Assembly (NCBI GenBank): GCA_026025075.1
Contig: JAPEUI010000022.1
Location: 124,001 to 188,000, forward strand
Length of the DNA: 64,000 bases
Source of the DNA: Vezdaea acicularis
Taxonomy: Eukaryota
Direction: 5' to 3'
In this document: positions 62,538-64,000 of the stretch, one piece after another
Layout: each line of letters opens with the position of its first letter
Numbering within the stretch: the first letter of the stretch is position 1
Made by a program: the position numbers and the translations under genes
Notes under the pieces: model-generated
The model's database searches: none
What the model was told of the DNA's origin: nothing
What the model saw: only the letters and a program-made list of their open reading frames with translations

Positions 62538-64000
62538 ATGAGCCAGGAATACTACAGTGGAGGCGAGTCGTCCTCAGCGGGCGGCTCATCGTCGAATCGC
62601 TCATCAAATATTCCTTCATCAACAAACCCTGTTGCACCACGATCTGCTCGACCAAACTACATCACCGTTGGATCTGGCTCAACATCAGAAAGTGCAACTG
62701 CTCTGACAGCCTTAATTGAGGAAGACTCCGGGTATGGAGGAAGCATCGCGGGGAGTAGTGTGGCCGGTACAGGGTCCGGTGGCGGATGGCATCCAGGATT
62801 GACGGAGGACCGGCCAACACCTTCACATACTCCTGTCTTGCGCGGCGCATCGAACAATCCACGTAAGAATCGACTCCAATGCATCAGTAAGGCATGTACT
62901 GACTTGACTGATGATTAGCGGATATTGAAAGGCGGATATTGGCAAGTCATGTCCATCAACTTTACTAGTAAGTTCACAATGGATAGTCTGCTTGAAAGTT
63001 GCCATTAACACTTTTTAGCAACCAGAATCGAGTCGCCCTTGGACGCGCGATCAATCGCACGATTGATACATTGAAGGGCCTACAGAAAATGAATTCGAGC
63101 TGGCCCGCTCACTATCCATCCATCCAAAGACCACAAGACCCAACACCAACTTCTGCTGATCCCCGACCAGGTCTGGTGCATTCATCAACAGGCAACTTTC
63201 AAAGCTTGGCTCCACAGTCGCCACCTCGTCCGAGTGGTCCAAGAAGAGCTTTCACGGGCGGCGTGGACGATGACACTCTGGCGGAGTCTAGCTCTAGCGC
63301 AGAGCAGAAACCGACACTTGAGCCTCGCCTGATTACACCACAAATAGCACAGGAGTTTTCAATATTAAAGCTCGATTTAAAGTTAGGGGCGATTTCACAG
63401 GCTGAATTAGTACATTCCCTAGAGAAGAATTCAATCGCATCGTTACTCGACGGAAAGATCAGCCACAGCATTCGACATTTACTTGCTCTGCGGGATCGAA
63501 TAGAGGACACCTCGAGCAAAGTTTTGGTCACGGGGGATCTTAATGCGGGAAAGTCAACATTCTGCAATGCTCTTCTCAGGAGAAAGGTATTACCAGAAGA
63601 CCAGCAACCATGTACTAGCATCTTCTGCGAGGTTTTAGATGCACGGGAGAATGCAGGTGTCGAAGAAGTTCATGCTATTCCAAAAGATTTAGTCTATGAT
63701 CGTAACGATGAGCGGACGTACGATTCCTACTCCCTCCACGAGCTGGAGAAGATAGTGATCGACAATGAACGATACTCGCAAGCGAAGGTGTATGTGAAGG
63801 ACATTCGCAGCATCGATGAATCCCTTTTGAACAATGGGGTTGTTGATATATCTATCATCGATGCCCCTGGCCTCAATATGGATTCACTGAAGACGACAGC
63901 GGTGTTCGCTCGACAGGAAGAGATTGATGTCGTCGTTTTCGTTGTGTCGGCTGCAAACCATTTCACCCTATCCGCAAAAGAATTTATCTGGAACGCAGCT
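62538..64000 (+). CDS. FZO1: Mitofusin Fzo1 (dynamin-like GTPase), 3' end outside the window
   Basis: Starts MSQEYY, with introns near 62863-62918 and 62968-63019. Contains SSKVLVTGDLNAGKSTFCNALLRR, LPEDQQPCT, IIDAPGLN and FVVSAANHFT. Confidence 0.95.

Overview
Gene-dense, intron-containing nuclear DNA of a filamentous ascomycete (Pezizomycotina): short GT-AG introns with CTRAC/CTAAT branch points and about 30 protein-coding loci. No rRNA, tRNA, CRISPR array or recognisable transposon was seen. Housekeeping genes include STE50, SUS1, DCN1, MVP1, CDC48, a transglutaminase-like protein, TEM1/spg1, RRB1, an Hsp20, TUF1, mitochondrial IF3, IMP1, a pyridoxal reductase, MRPL10, NDE1, PTC1, DID4/VPS2 and the 5' part of FZO1. 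The most notable items are: (1) a Zn2Cys6-homeodomain-C2H2 transcription factor broken only by one in-frame TAG inside its homeodomain (editing or readthrough candidate, or a recent pseudogene); (2) two dispersed secreted proteins sharing an 8-Cys domain I do not recognise; (3) an ORF of 22-residue amphipathic repeats whose ATG overlaps the stop codon of a catalytically degenerate membrane pepsin; (4) a tandem pair of GPI-type proteins with a shared unrecognised domain inside a block of secreted/surface genes; (5) a mitochondrial IF3 with a duplicated N-domain; (6) an AmdX-like factor lacking its C-terminal domain. Exon boundaries were read by eye, and family assignments come from recalled motifs, not database searches.
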